Shown: positions 53,443 to 63,890 of the stretch, piece after piece
Layout of the letters: each line of letters starts with the position of its first letter
Position numbering within the stretch: position 1 is the stretch's first letter
Sequence record: MN871446.1
Source: Klebsiella phage KpLz-2_45
DNA: 64,000 bases
Reading direction: 5' to 3' (one strand)
Made by a program: the position numbers and the translations under genes
Notes under the pieces: model-generated
Seen by the model: only the letters and a program-made list of their open reading frames with translations
The model's database searches: none
Told to the model about the DNA's origin: nothing

Positions 53443-56001
53443 TCAGGATTCCTTTATAAAGAAATAATTATTAAGCGACAGACGATTATTCAGGTAATAC
53501 TGATTGACGTTCTGAAGGAACTTCCAGCGCTTTGTGGTTACCGCGACGGCGGAGCTAAACGGATGTGCGTCAATGAAAATGTAGTTTGTATTCCAGACGC
53601 TTCGGCACGGGTCAATATCGAGGTACTCGCTGTAGTTCTTCATGACACGGTCAAGCGAGACTTTGTCATTAACGTTCAGCGGCTCAGTGATGGTTCCGTT
53701 ATCAAGATCGAAGATCAGTCGTGTGATCACCACCGAGAACATCCGATAACGTTCGCTGATTGGGTTAGGGCCGGTTAAGACCTTCTCCGGGTACTTCAAC
53801 GTCATGTAGTCACTGACACGTTTATCGCTCTCGGCGCCCATCTGAATCAACTCAGCGTTCGCATTCGTCGATATCCCGTACAGCGGAACGAAAACCGTCT
53901 CTTCGCAGTAAGGTAAGCCGTTAGGGAGCAACGGGATTTGTTTTTCGTCAGCGTCTTCAATAAACGGTACTGTTGAAGGGTCAACCACTTTCCCGTCAAT
54001 AATCGTACGTATAACCTTGTCGTCACGAATATCAAACGTACCGTTCACACTGACATAACCGTGATCCACGAATCCGATATTCAGCGGTCTTTTGTACTTC
54101 GCGCTTGGCGTTTCCCAACCTAAACAGGCAAAGGTAAAGTTTTGACTGTTACCTAACGTTTCATCGTAGTAACGATTGGTGATGACCGTTCCTTTATTTC
54201 CGTCCAGGATATAGTCGAGCCCTTCAATCAACGGATGGCCATTCATCCACACGCGCAGTTGTTGTGGCCGAATAGGAAGAATCGTCCCGAGCGTCTTACC
54301 GTAGGTCAGTGTAAAGCGGAAGATCCCGTCCGAACTCCCTACAACCTGATCGTATACAAGCGCCTCAGAGCTACTGAGGATCAGGCCCATGTTTCTGGCC
54401 TTGACGTGAATCCACGTGACGACATTATTTAAGACCGTGTAATCCGTCCCTTCTACGGCAGGTACCCAGACGTCGGAGACAACTCCTTTGTTGATCGCCG
54501 CTTTAAAGAAGTAGTATTGGTACTTATCGTCCAGCGTGTAGTTGTTGTTACTGGGCGCCCAGGTAATGGCTTTCTTACCCCACCCCATGAACCCCTCTAC
54601 CAGCGCAGCCCGCTCATTCTTCACGAAGTAGCGTTCCGAGTAACCGTGCTGATTCCAGCCCAACAACACCCCGTCTTCGTCGTACTCAAAGAGCGTAGAA
54701 CAGAGCGAGAGTCCAAAGGGTAGATCGACAAAACCGCCGTTCGAGGAAGGTGTCACCTTCGTTGGGTTTAACGCAAAGAGTTTTGCTAATGCGTTGTAGC
54801 CGTAAGCGTTGATGACATCCGTCGCTGTAAACGAGCCCCAGAAGTTTCGCATGATCGCCGTATAAAGAGAGTTTTCCAGGTTCTCTACACGCCACTCAGC
54901 CAACGTGGAATCGAGTCCAATCATTGCTCTGAGAATGTCAGTGTCGCTTAAACGGTAAAGTGTTTCAATCCGATTCACCTCGTCGATGAGAGGGCGTTTA
55001 AAACCGGACTCACGAAGATGAAGACGAATATAAAGGTTGTCGTACGTTGTCCAGCCATCATTCAGATAAGCCGAAACATAACCCGTCGGAATACTGTAAT
55101 CAGCATGAGTTACGTTACGCAGACTGTTCTCTTTATTGCGGTGATAATAGCGACCTGAAACCGAATCATTCGCGCCGACTTTGTACATGAACAAATCGAT
55201 ATCGTCGACGTAATAGATTTCGTTATCGTGCGTATTTTTACTCGGGTGCAGCAGATACTTCTTCAGGTTGTCTAACGTCGACGTATAGTCGTACAGCGAC
55301 GAGACTTTGAAGTCCACTACGTGACTCACCGCGGCGTCGTAAACTGCCTCAACCAGGTCACCAATGGAAATATCAGTCGATTTGATTTCCGGCTTCCACA
55401 CGCCATTATGGTAAATATTGGTTACACCGGTTAAGGTTTGCAGCGGCCGCAACCCATTAATAAACGCAGCGATATCAGTTTGCTTAGTAATCTCTCTGCC
55501 GATATAAGCCACTTTCTGACCGATGTTATTACTTCGCTCTGAACGGAAAAAGGCGTTGTTGTAAATTCTGAGATACGCTTTCTTTTCACTTAACTCGCCA
55601 AAGATAGCGTGCTCTTTAATCGCAATGATCAAATTGTCGTCGTAGGTACGAAGAACGTAACTGCTAAAGAGCGGGAGTTTAACGCCCGTTTCCAGATAGA
55701 GGTCAATGATCAGCGCAGTCGCTTCGCTGTAAGGTCCCAGCGCCATCCATTTTCCGCGAACGTCAGGGAGACCTGTACGCCAACGACTGTTTGCCCCGAT
55801 CTGATAAAGATGATAAACGTCGCCTTCGGTAGGTAATGGGGTATCAACCCAGAGAATGGTACTGGAAACTTTCGCACCACTGTCTCGACTGATTCGCGTC
55901 AGATCGAGAATGACCTGACGATCCTGAATAGGTGCACACCACAAATTCGTGCGTGCATGATCGAGAAGGAAACTTTCGGTTACGGAATTCATTACACGCA
56001 C
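53443..56001 (-). CDS. Probable virion structural protein (852 aa); could be portal or a tail component
   Basis: Large ORF within the structural neighbourhood. Confidence 0.4.
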   Translation of the reverse strand: MRVMNSVTESFLLDHARTNLWCAPIQDRQVILDLTRISRDSGAKVSSTILWVDTPLPTEGDVYHLYQIGANSRWRTGLPDVRGKWMALGPYSEATALIIDLYLETGVKLPLFSSYVLRTYDDNLIIAIKEHAIFGELSEKKAYLRIYNNAFFRSERSNNIGQKVAYIGREITKQTDIAAFINGLRPLQTLTGVTNIYHNGVWKPEIKSTDISIGDLVEAVYDAAVSHVVDFKVSSLYDYTSTLDNLKKYLLHPSKNTHDNEIYYVDDIDLFMYKVGANDSVSGRYYHRNKENSLRNVTHADYSIPTGYVSAYLNDGWTTYDNLYIRLHLRESGFKRPLIDEVNRIETLYRLSDTDILRAMIGLDSTLAEWRVENLENSLYTAIMRNFWGSFTATDVINAYGYNALAKLFALNPTKVTPSSNGGFVDLPFGLSLCSTLFEYDEDGVLLGWNQHGYSERYFVKNERAALVEGFMGWGKKAITWAPSNNNYTLDDKYQYYFFKAAINKGVVSDVWVPAVEGTDYTVLNNVVTWIHVKARNMGLILSSSEALVYDQVVGSSDGIFRFTLTYGKTLGTILPIRPQQLRVWMNGHPLIEGLDYILDGNKGTVITNRYYDETLGNSQNFTFACLGWETPSAKYKRPLNIGFVDHGYVSVNGTFDIRDDKVIRTIIDGKVVDPSTVPFIEDADEKQIPLLPNGLPYCEETVFVPLYGISTNANAELIQMGAESDKRVSDYMTLKYPEKVLTGPNPISERYRMFSVVITRLIFDLDNGTITEPLNVNDKVSLDRVMKNYSEYLDIDPCRSVWNTNYIFIDAHPFSSAVAVTTKRWKFLQNVNQYYLNNRLSLNNYFFIKES

Positions 56002-56009
56002 CTTCTACT

Positions 56010-56948
56010 TTAATAAGTTTTCTCGTGATGATTCGCCGTCAATGCGATCAGGTCGTTAACACGAGCAACGAAATCGTCGGTTTTCAGATTACGACCTTCA
56101 CGGTCAATCAACTGCGTTAACCATGCTTTACGGTATTGCTTTTCACCTGCACACGCTGAATAAATCATGGCAATAAACATCGGTGGGTATTCGAGCGCCA
56201 CGGCCAATTGCTCACGGACTTCTGAACTACCAAACCAGCTAGTTGATGTCAACGTCCAGAGAATGCGTTTGTCAATTCGTTTCAGTGATAAGCTCTCACC
56301 GAATTCAGCTAACGCTTTGCAATAGTCATCGAGGTTCGCCATGTAGCCAACCGGACGCAACCACAGATCCAGTTTCTGGTAAGGGATATTCAGGATGCGA
56401 CTGATCTTCACGCAGAAGACCTCGTGACGACGATCGTTAAAGTCTTTCGCATCGCAGTGTAAGCAGTAGTAATAATAAGCAGTGATTGCTTTGAGTTTCT
56501 CTGCAACCAGCTCATTCAGGTTCAGTTTGTTTTTGAGCAGCCCAGTTAACCACTTAGCAAAGATTGCCAACGGGACATCGACGTTGAAATAGAACGCATC
56601 GATATTCCCTTCCGACCAAGCCATCTCCAGAACAGCACGGCGGAAAATGATCCCGACAGAACCTTCATTAACAAAGTCTGTGGTACCGTCTGCATTTAAT
56701 TTTAACGTCCCGCGGTAAGGGCGAAGATCAATATATGTATACGGTATACTTTGAACTTCTTGAGAAAGGGGATGACGAAAGACAGGGATGGCTTCCAATT
56801 CTGGGGTTTTCTCCAGTACCGCGAACAGCCCTTTAAAGTGGTTAATTGGGGTTAATGCACCTTCTGCGTTCGCCACCAACATCTTCCCGGGTAGACTCGC
56901 AGGAAAAATAGAACTGCCGGCTGAGGTGTCAAAACTGTGTTTAAACAT
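56010..56948 (-). CDS. Hypothetical protein (312 aa)
   Basis: ORF. Confidence 0.45.
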   Translation of the reverse strand: MFKHSFDTSAGSSIFPASLPGKMLVANAEGALTPINHFKGLFAVLEKTPELEAIPVFRHPLSQEVQSIPYTYIDLRPYRGTLKLNADGTTDFVNEGSVGIIFRRAVLEMAWSEGNIDAFYFNVDVPLAIFAKWLTGLLKNKLNLNELVAEKLKAITAYYYYCLHCDAKDFNDRRHEVFCVKISRILNIPYQKLDLWLRPVGYMANLDDYCKALAEFGESLSLKRIDKRILWTLTSTSWFGSSEVREQLAVALEYPPMFIAMIYSACAGEKQYRKAWLTQLIDREGRNLKTDDFVARVNDLIALTANHHEKTY

Positions 56949-57111
56949 TGCTTAATTCTCCGATAATGACCGTGACCTATAGAATGTTAATATGACGACG
57001 TTTCCGTATTACCGGTAAACTATGGTTTAAAAACCACCCAAGCTTGGATTTAGCGTCATCAAGTAGCTACATAATTTATGCGGTACCCACTCTTTTTAAG
57101 AGGCAAAAGAC

Positions 57112-59181
57112 ATGTCAGAACAAATTACGGGATCAACACCCAGAATTTATTACCGCGGTACGAAGGATATTTCGTTCACCCGTTCTACGGGTTCAACGAC
57201 GACCCTGGCTCTTCATCGACCGCTCATCATGTTCTTCGGCCAGAAAGGTCCAACTGTCCCTACCTGGATCGATCCGGTAAAATTCGAAGACATTTACGGT
57301 AGCGAAACTACCAACCTTTCCGGCGTTTATGCGACCCACAGTACTCCTTTTATTAAGGAAGCGATTGCAGCGGGTAACCAGTTCCTGGCCTTGCGTCTGG
57401 AACCGGCAGATATCCCTGACGTCGCCACGCTGGGTCTCTCCGTCGATTGGGTAAAAACCAAAATCGACGACTATGAGCGTAACGACGACGGAACTTATAA
57501 AACCGATACCAACGGTGACAAAATTCCGCTGGCCACGCAAGTAGACGGGATCAAGTTCCGCTTTGTTCTCTCTAAAATCGAGACGGACGAGTCGGGCGTT
57601 TCCCAGTACAAAAAACGTACCGCTTCTGCGGGGACAATCGGTACCGCTGAGAACCCGTCAACGATCACGCCACTGGCCGATTTCCGTTGCCGTTATAAAT
57701 CGTCTCTCGGCGCGAATACAGCGATCCGTATTTGGGCACCGACTGTCAATTCGACTCAGGCCGCTGATGCCGATCTGCAAGAACGTATCAAATCGTTCCT
57801 GTACCGCTTCCAGCTCCTGACCCGTACCGATAAAAACAGTTCACCAACTATTTTTGAGACGATCTATAATGAAGCGTCTCTGTCGGTCGGTTTCGGTGAG
57901 AACTTAGTCGATCCGCAGACCGAAGTGGTTTACGATTTCGCGGAACGTATCGAAAGTCGTTACAACGACGAAGATCCATCGACTTACCTGATGTCGCCGA
58001 TCGATGCGCCGTACCTGTATCAGTCCAACATTGATACCGTCCTGAAAGCAGTACAGTCGGTGGAATCCACCTTCGGTACGGTTTCTGACGATGAAGCGGA
58101 TCTCTACACAATTAACCTGTTCGGCGCGCAGACGGTAGAGGGTGTACCGTATCACGCTGTTCAGATTATGGGCGTACTGGATGGCGGCGTCACGCTGACA
58201 GAAACCTCCACCAACTACCTGCAAGGCGGTGGTGACGGTACGCTGGGTAACGCCAGTTTCAACGCTGCCGCTAACCTGGTGCTGTCCAACATGTCCAGCG
58301 GCGCATCTTTCAATATCGGTAACTACGCGCGTTATCCGTTCAATGCGTTCTGGGACTCCGGTTTCGACCTGAAGACCAAACAACTGATTCCGCAACTGAT
58401 CGGTCTGCGTGCAGACACCTGGATCGCCCTGTCGACTCAGGACATCAGTCTCGACTTCAACAGCAATGAAGAAGAAGAATCGATCGCGCTGTCCCTGATG
58501 TCTCGCGTAAACGCTTTCCCGGACTCTTCTGATTTCGGTACCCCGGCGTTCCGTGGTATGATCGTAGGTGGTGCAGGTTATTACACGGAAACTACGCGTA
58601 AGCTGGCGGTCCCGCTGACCCTCGACCGTTTCCGTGCTTACTGCCAGTATGCCGGCGCTTCTGACGGTGTGCTCAAACCGGAATACGCGGTGGATGAAGG
58701 TGAGAACCGGAAAGTCCAGGTGGTTAAAAATATTAACAACCTCGACAAATCCTGGCGCGTTCGTCGTGCACAGTGGAACAACAACCTGGTTTACGTAGAA
58801 GACTACGATACCGGTTCGCAGTTCTACCCGGGCCAGCAGTCGTTCTACAGCGAACAAGGTTCCGTACTGAAGGCGGCTATCGTGGGTCTGTGCGTGGCTA
58901 ACCTGAACCGCTTCGCTTTCGAAGCGTGGCGTGACCTGAGCGGTACTCAGAAACTCACCGACGATCAGTTGATTGAGCGCTCTGACGAAATCGTGAGCAC
59001 CCGCGGTGCCGGTGCCTTCGATAACCGCCTGATCTTCACGCCGCATTCTGAGATTACCCAGGCCGATAAAGAACGTGGTTATTCTTGGTCTATGCGCATT
59101 GACTTCGGTGCTAACGCGTTCCGTACCGTAATGGATATGTCTTCTGTCGCATACACCAGAGAGGAATTAGCAAATGGCTAA
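57112..59181 (+). CDS. Tail sheath protein
   Basis: 689 aa with strong codon optimisation, immediately followed by a ~290-aa tube-like gene. Size and arrangement match phiKZ-like gp29/gp30. Confidence 0.65.
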   Translation: MSEQITGSTPRIYYRGTKDISFTRSTGSTTTLALHRPLIMFFGQKGPTVPTWIDPVKFEDIYGSETTNLSGVYATHSTPFIKEAIAAGNQFLALRLEPADIPDVATLGLSVDWVKTKIDDYERNDDGTYKTDTNGDKIPLATQVDGIKFRFVLSKIETDESGVSQYKKRTASAGTIGTAENPSTITPLADFRCRYKSSLGANTAIRIWAPTVNSTQAADADLQERIKSFLYRFQLLTRTDKNSSPTIFETIYNEASLSVGFGENLVDPQTEVVYDFAERIESRYNDEDPSTYLMSPIDAPYLYQSNIDTVLKAVQSVESTFGTVSDDEADLYTINLFGAQTVEGVPYHAVQIMGVLDGGVTLTETSTNYLQGGGDGTLGNASFNAAANLVLSNMSSGASFNIGNYARYPFNAFWDSGFDLKTKQLIPQLIGLRADTWIALSTQDISLDFNSNEEEESIALSLMSRVNAFPDSSDFGTPAFRGMIVGGAGYYTETTRKLAVPLTLDRFRAYCQYAGASDGVLKPEYAVDEGENRKVQVVKNINNLDKSWRVRRAQWNNNLVYVEDYDTGSQFYPGQQSFYSEQGSVLKAAIVGLCVANLNRFAFEAWRDLSGTQKLTDDQLIERSDEIVSTRGAGAFDNRLIFTPHSEITQADKERGYSWSMRIDFGANAFRTVMDMSSVAYTREELANG

Positions 59182-60049
59182 GAAAGATCCGAACACAGTC
59201 ATGAGTGCTAATAGTTCGTACGCTAACGGGGCCAATGGCCCCGTGACGAACTTGGAAATCCCAGCACCCTATGGCTATACCCCTGACTTCCGTTATTACC
59301 ACGCTGCGGCCGATTATACTCGTCGCCCGACCATCGCGTTTCTGATGGAGTTGCCTAACTGCTTCAAAGACACCGATGATCCGGAAAAATGGGGCGGTTC
59401 ACTGAAAGCGCTAATCGAGATGCACGCTCGTACGATCGACGGTATCGATTACACGCTGGAAGTAGAACACGTTGAAACCCCGTTCGGTGGCGGCGGCGAA
59501 ATGATGCAAACGCTGTCCAAGGTTCGTCGCGCTCGTTCTGTCCCGGTCTTTACCTGGGTAGAAAAAGTAGGGATGCCGGTTTCCCGTTACTGGAACAACT
59601 ACATCCTGTACTTCATGGGCGAACCGAACTCCAACGTCGCAGGGATTATTGGTAAAGGTGGTATTACCCCGGCTGCAACTTACCCGGATTACAACACCTT
59701 CTCCATCCTGTTTGTGGAACCGGATCCGACCGAACGTTACGCGTTGCGTTCTACGCTGATCACTAACATGCAACCGACCGGCCAAGGTCCAGAAATGCGC
59801 ATGTCAAAAGATCAGACCTCTTCACCGGAACAGCTCCAGGTATCCTTGACGATGACCGGTCTGCAGATGGTAGGTCGCGGCGTTGATAAACTCGGTCAGA
59901 TGATGCTGGACCGCGCGTCCCAGACGGGTATCGATCTTAACGCCCAACCTGCCTTCCTGAGCGATCGTGAAGCAGACGTGGCGGCAAGAGACGACGGGTA
60001 TATCGAACAATTAGTTTCGAGCCTGTCTAAACCTGGTGTGGCGATCTAA
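59174..60049 (+). CDS. Probable tail tube protein
   Basis: Highly expressed-looking gene directly downstream of, and overlapping, the sheath gene, followed by a strong terminator. Confidence 0.5.
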   Translation: MAKKDPNTVMSANSSYANGANGPVTNLEIPAPYGYTPDFRYYHAAADYTRRPTIAFLMELPNCFKDTDDPEKWGGSLKALIEMHARTIDGIDYTLEVEHVETPFGGGGEMMQTLSKVRRARSVPVFTWVEKVGMPVSRYWNNYILYFMGEPNSNVAGIIGKGGITPAATYPDYNTFSILFVEPDPTERYALRSTLITNMQPTGQGPEMRMSKDQTSSPEQLQVSLTMTGLQMVGRGVDKLGQMMLDRASQTGIDLNAQPAFLSDREADVAARDDGYIEQLVSSLSKPGVAI

Positions 60050-60075
60050 GTTATCAACACCTTAGTAAATAGATT

Positions 60076-60110
60076 CCTCAAGGAACCTTCGGGTTCCTTG
60101 AGGTTTATTC
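60076..60110 (+). terminator. Terminator after the sheath/tube operon
   Basis: 12-bp stem cctcaaggaacc/ggttccttgagg with a ttcg loop, then TTTATT. Confidence 0.7.
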
Positions 60111-60176
60111 TCTTAAGTTTTTTATTTTACCGACCTGCAATAATCATCCTATGAAAGAATAGTTGAGAGGTGAATT

Positions 60177-60821
60177 ATGTTTGATAAAAACGCAGCATTA
60201 AAATTACAGCAGTCGTTAAAGAACGCAGGTTTCGATCCGAAAGGCGTTGATGGTTTATGGGGTAAGAACTCGCAAGCGGCACTTGATGCTTCTTTCGAGA
60301 AGTATGACATCGCGTGGAGTGCAATCCCCTCACTGGAGTTCGTCAACAAGACGAAAGACATCGTGGCAAAATTAGGCGGTGATCCGAGTCATTTGATGTC
60401 GTGCATGGCGTTTGAAACCGGCCGTACCTTTAGCCCCACAATTAAAAACGGTGCAGGTGCGCCTTACTGGGGAATCATTCAGGGCGGTGCCGCATTCTGC
60501 AAAGACGTCGGGATCACACTTGATCAGTGGAAGTCCATGACCAACGTACAACAGCTAGACTACGTCTATAAATGGTATATCCCTTATAAAGGGAAACTGA
60601 ACGATCTGCCGTCTTGGTATTTAAGAATTCTCTGGCCCGTTGCCGTGACCAAACCGGATTCTTACGTCATGTGGGACAGTAAAACGCGTCCGACGACCTA
60701 TATCCAGAACAAGGGTCTCGACGTGAACAAAGATGGGTTGATTACGCGTGGGGAAGTGGCTAAAGTTATTTACAACATGTATGCGGAAGGTTGTTTAATC
60801 GAAAAACGCCGACCGCTTTAA
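60177..60821 (+). CDS. Endolysin: N-terminal peptidoglycan-binding domain plus a C-terminal lysozyme-like catalytic domain
   Basis: ALKLQQSLKNAGFDPKGVDGLWGKNSQAALDASF matches the PG_binding_1 repeat, and MAFETGRTF is a candidate catalytic Glu region. The architecture resembles phiKZ gp144-type endolysins. Confidence 0.6.
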   Translation: MFDKNAALKLQQSLKNAGFDPKGVDGLWGKNSQAALDASFEKYDIAWSAIPSLEFVNKTKDIVAKLGGDPSHLMSCMAFETGRTFSPTIKNGAGAPYWGIIQGGAAFCKDVGITLDQWKSMTNVQQLDYVYKWYIPYKGKLNDLPSWYLRILWPVAVTKPDSYVMWDSKTRPTTYIQNKGLDVNKDGLITRGEVAKVIYNMYAEGCLIEKRRPL

Positions 60822-60831
60822 GCGAGGCGAT

Positions 60832-60957
60832 ATGGGTGTGAGTACTCTTACCGGTGTTGACGTTATAATTATTTGCACCGGTATTCTTGTCACCATGGCT
60901 ACAACAGCGTTTGTTATTTCTATCCTGTTTGATGACAAAAATAAAAAAGATGAATAA
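60832..60957 (+). CDS. 41-aa single-TM membrane peptide downstream of the endolysin (holin- or antiholin-like candidate)
   Basis: Not in the ORF track. GAGG RBS, then MGVSTLTGVDVIIICTGILVTMATTAFVISILFDDKNKKDE. Hydrophobic core with a charged C-terminus, followed by a bidirectional terminator. Confidence 0.4.
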   Translation: MGVSTLTGVDVIIICTGILVTMATTAFVISILFDDKNKKDE

Positions 60958-60961
60958 ATAA

Positions 60962-60998
60962 AAGAGAGAGTCCATTTGGACTCTCTCTTTGTGTTTTA
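60962..60998. terminator. Bidirectional terminator between the lysis cassette and the convergent HAD gene
   Basis: 12-bp stem agagagagtcca/tggactctctct, T-rich on both sides. Confidence 0.65.
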
Positions 60999-61595
60999 CC
61001 CTAAATGCTTCACCGCGAGATCGAAAACTTTTTGCTTCACGTCATCGAAGGTGAACAGACGTTCGTAAGCGGTTTCTTTCTGGTTCCACAACTTGTCCAT
61101 CAAAAAGACGTTACTGACTTCGTTGCGATCAGTACCATTCCAGTGCGGGTTATCGTCAAAGAGGTAATACTGATACCCCTTAAGGTTCTGGTCTAACCAC
61201 GTCTTTTTACACGGCACAATGGCAGGGTCAAGGAAAACCCCTTCCATCTCAATACCCAGACGATCAAACTGTTTCTGCGTAAACTCTGCTGCGCGAGGAT
61301 GATACCCGCGGTGCGTGGCGAACATCGTTTGAATGCGAGAACCAAAGACCGTTTGCATTTCTTTAATGAGCGAAGGGAGTTGCTCAAAACCCGAAACCCA
61401 TTCTGCTTCTTCCATGAAATGACCGTCTTCTAAAACCGCCTTGAGGTAAGGTGCTTCAAACGGATCGGTTCTCGAGAGACGGTTCTTCCAAACCAGACCA
61501 CAGTTGAAGGTCCGATTGATCCAATTAGTCATCGCCACTTCAGTTTCGAATTTAGTGTCATCTAAATCGAAAACGAACATCAACTTTTCCATCAT
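60996..61595 (-). CDS. HAD-superfamily phosphatase (5'-nucleotidase-like)
   Basis: Motif I FVFDLDDTK (DxDxT) and a distal YLFDDNPHW (DD motif). Confidence 0.55.
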   Translation of the reverse strand: MMEKLMFVFDLDDTKFETEVAMTNWINRTFNCGLVWKNRLSRTDPFEAPYLKAVLEDGHFMEEAEWVSGFEQLPSLIKEMQTVFGSRIQTMFATHRGYHPRAAEFTQKQFDRLGIEMEGVFLDPAIVPCKKTWLDQNLKGYQYYLFDDNPHWNGTDRNEVSNVFLMDKLWNQKETAYERLFTFDDVKQKVFDLAVKHLG

Positions 61596-62092
61596 TTACC
61601 TTTACGTTGAATGTAGAGTTCAAGCGACTCTTTGAGATTCTCAAGGAAGCTTTGGTTTTGACTGGTCAATTTCAAAGTTCCACCGCTCCCGGAAATGACC
61701 AGAGTTTGCCAGAATAAAGAAATGGCGTTAAACTTCCTCAGATCGATGTGGAGCGTATGAGGTCCCCAATAGACCATTATCTCAAGGTCTTGAATAAAAC
61801 GCGTTCTAGGGTGTTCTGAGGAGTTCTCAAAGACCCCTTCGTGAAGAAGATAGTCCGACCACTGCGAGATGATATATTTAAAGACGGTTTCCGCCTCTAC
61901 AAGGTCAAGCGTTTGGATGTTAGTGATGTTGTTATCCTGGTCGATAACCGAGACAAAAGTTTTCGGATAGAGCGTACCTAAACTCTGCGCTTTATCAACG
62001 TTTTTGATTCGGTTAAGGTCAACGTAGTAAACACCCTTGGTCGTCGAGATGAACAGTTTATCCGACTGTATCCGTTGTAAAAGAGTTTCCAT
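61592..62092 (-). CDS. Hypothetical protein
   Basis: ORF with a 4-nt overlap. Confidence 0.45.
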   Translation of the reverse strand: METLLQRIQSDKLFISTTKGVYYVDLNRIKNVDKAQSLGTLYPKTFVSVIDQDNNITNIQTLDLVEAETVFKYIISQWSDYLLHEGVFENSSEHPRTRFIQDLEIMVYWGPHTLHIDLRKFNAISLFWQTLVISGSGGTLKLTSQNQSFLENLKESLELYIQRKGK

Positions 62093-62097
62093 CGATA

Positions 62098-63060
62098 TTA
62101 CCCTTTGTTATTTGTACCCAGTTCACTGTATTGATCGAGTAAAAAGTTAAGATACGCCTCATGGGGATCAGTGCGGAAAATCATCTCATGAAGCACGGTA
62201 AAAGGCACAGGATGGTCAAAGACCCCGCCAGCAGCCTCAGCGTGCCCACCACCGTTAAATCGCACCGCGGCTTGTTGTGCCAAACCTGTCCCTTTGCGTG
62301 ATCGGAACGACAAACCGAGACCGTTCCGGTTTAACGTTACGTTCACGACCAGATTAACTTTGTCGTCTTGGGCCATGATTGTACTGGCCGCTTCAGAAGC
62401 GTAATAATACGGAGCAGAAATATACGCCACTGAGAAAGGACTTTCTGCCGCCTCTTCAATAATGACTGCTTTATTCAGGTGAAACGCAATATTTTTATCC
62501 CGACCTTTTACTAACAGTTCGGCCTGCGGGCGGAGAATTTCTTCAACTTGTTCTTTGCTGTATTTAAACAACCCAATGAAAGGTGGGAAAATTTCATCCT
62601 TATCCCCCTTCCTCAAATACTGAACAAAGAGCTCGTGGTAATTCCGTTCGCTCTCTTCTGCAATCCAGAGGTCGCGGTTATTGATTAAACGAATCACTTC
62701 TGGCATAGGGGTAGAATTAACATATTTCCATGCTAAACCCGCCCCTGAAAGTTCTGTGTCGAAATAAACAACCGTCGCCCCGAAGAATTTTTGGATCTTA
62801 TCACATTCTTCTTTTTTGTCTGCATGATGATCGAGGATCACAATAGACCGTATACGTGCCGCGTTCTTCTCAACCCATTCAAACGGCGGAGTGAAATCGA
62901 CAAAAACAATATGCACCGGCTCCTCATTTTCTAAGTCCGGCATAGCACGGTAGTTTACCGGGATGAAAGTCTGCAGCCTTGTATATTGATACATGATTGC
63001 CGCCGCCGCAAAACCGTCCATGCAAAGGTCGTGGTAATAAACGATTATTTCATTATTCAT
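62098..63060 (-). CDS. DHH/DHHA1 family phosphoesterase (NrnA/RecJ-like nanoRNase or pAp phosphatase fold)
   Basis: Motif I YYHDLCMDGFAAAAI (H-x-D-x-DG), motif III ILDHHA (DHH), and the DHHA1 motif NGGGHAEAAG. Confidence 0.65.
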   Translation of the reverse strand: MNNEIIVYYHDLCMDGFAAAAIMYQYTRLQTFIPVNYRAMPDLENEEPVHIVFVDFTPPFEWVEKNAARIRSIVILDHHADKKEECDKIQKFFGATVVYFDTELSGAGLAWKYVNSTPMPEVIRLINNRDLWIAEESERNYHELFVQYLRKGDKDEIFPPFIGLFKYSKEQVEEILRPQAELLVKGRDKNIAFHLNKAVIIEEAAESPFSVAYISAPYYYASEAASTIMAQDDKVNLVVNVTLNRNGLGLSFRSRKGTGLAQQAAVRFNGGGHAEAAGGVFDHPVPFTVLHEMIFRTDPHEAYLNFLLDQYSELGTNNKG

Positions 63061-63107
63061 AAATTCTCCAAAAAAATAAAAGAGGGGAAAATTCCCCTCT
63101 GTGATAG

Positions 63108-63359
63108 TTAGGCCAGGATTTTTAAAATCTGACGACCGTAGAACGTTTGGGTTAAGACGTTCAATTTAAACTCGGCCTTTTCAGGATAAACAATGAATTG
63201 TTCGCAGATATTTTTCGTCTCGTCAAAACGAAGACGTTTAAAAATCCGTTCCGCGACCCGTTTCATGATTTTTGCTTTTCCGTTGTGTTCGCGAAAGGCT
63301 ATGGCTAATGTAACGAGAAGATCGATCATCTCGTGATCAATTAAACGTCTATCACTCAT
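63108..63359 (-). CDS. Small hypothetical protein
   Basis: ORF. Confidence 0.4.
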   Translation of the reverse strand: MSDRRLIDHEMIDLLVTLAIAFREHNGKAKIMKRVAERIFKRLRFDETKNICEQFIVYPEKAEFKLNVLTQTFYGRQILKILA

Positions 63360-63703
63360 CCCGCGACATCCAGATTAGTGTAAAGTACAGAACAAGTGTC
63401 ATCTCCGTCAAAAACAACACCGCTTTCATTCAACCAACGAACGGTTTCTTTTTTCTGCGTGAAAGAGACCGTACTGTAAACTTTATACCCTGGCGTCTGC
63501 GCCTCACCTTCCATGGCAGAAAGCGAAGAAGGCTTAGCACGCATAAAGGTGACATGAACGGTTTTAGGGTTAACGCCAGGGAACAACGTCACCGCGTTTT
63601 TAACCTCAGTGTTGACGCGATCGATACAAGCGCTATTCGGCGCAGCTTGGGCGGTCGTAGCAGTGAACAGTAGAGCGATGGCCATCAAAGTAATCTTTTT
63701 CAT
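63356..63703 (-). CDS. Small secreted protein (signal peptide)
   Basis: MKKITLMAIALLFTATTAQA|AP signal sequence. Confidence 0.45.
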   Translation of the reverse strand: MKKITLMAIALLFTATTAQAAPNSACIDRVNTEVKNAVTLFPGVNPKTVHVTFMRAKPSSLSAMEGEAQTPGYKVYSTVSFTQKKETVRWLNESGVVFDGDDTCSVLYTNLDVAG

Positions 63704-63890
63704 TTTCTTCTCCTTCTAAAACGCGGTTCTTTTGTTCGTTGTCTAAGTGAATCCCGATTTCGCTCATAGCGGCAAAGAAATCGTCGTCGGTGAAATTTTT
63801 CATTCTGTTACGATAAAACCAAAATTGTTTAACGGTCGGAAAGACCCGTGATCGATAAAACGAGAATAGTCGGAAAGCGTTTCGTACCAT
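63633..63890 (-). CDS. Small hypothetical protein (overlapping; uncertain)
   Basis: ORF. Confidence 0.3.
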   Translation of the reverse strand: MVRNAFRLFSFYRSRVFPTVKQFWFYRNRMKNFTDDDFFAAMSEIGIHLDNEQKNRVLEGEENEKDYFDGHRSTVHCYDRPSCAE

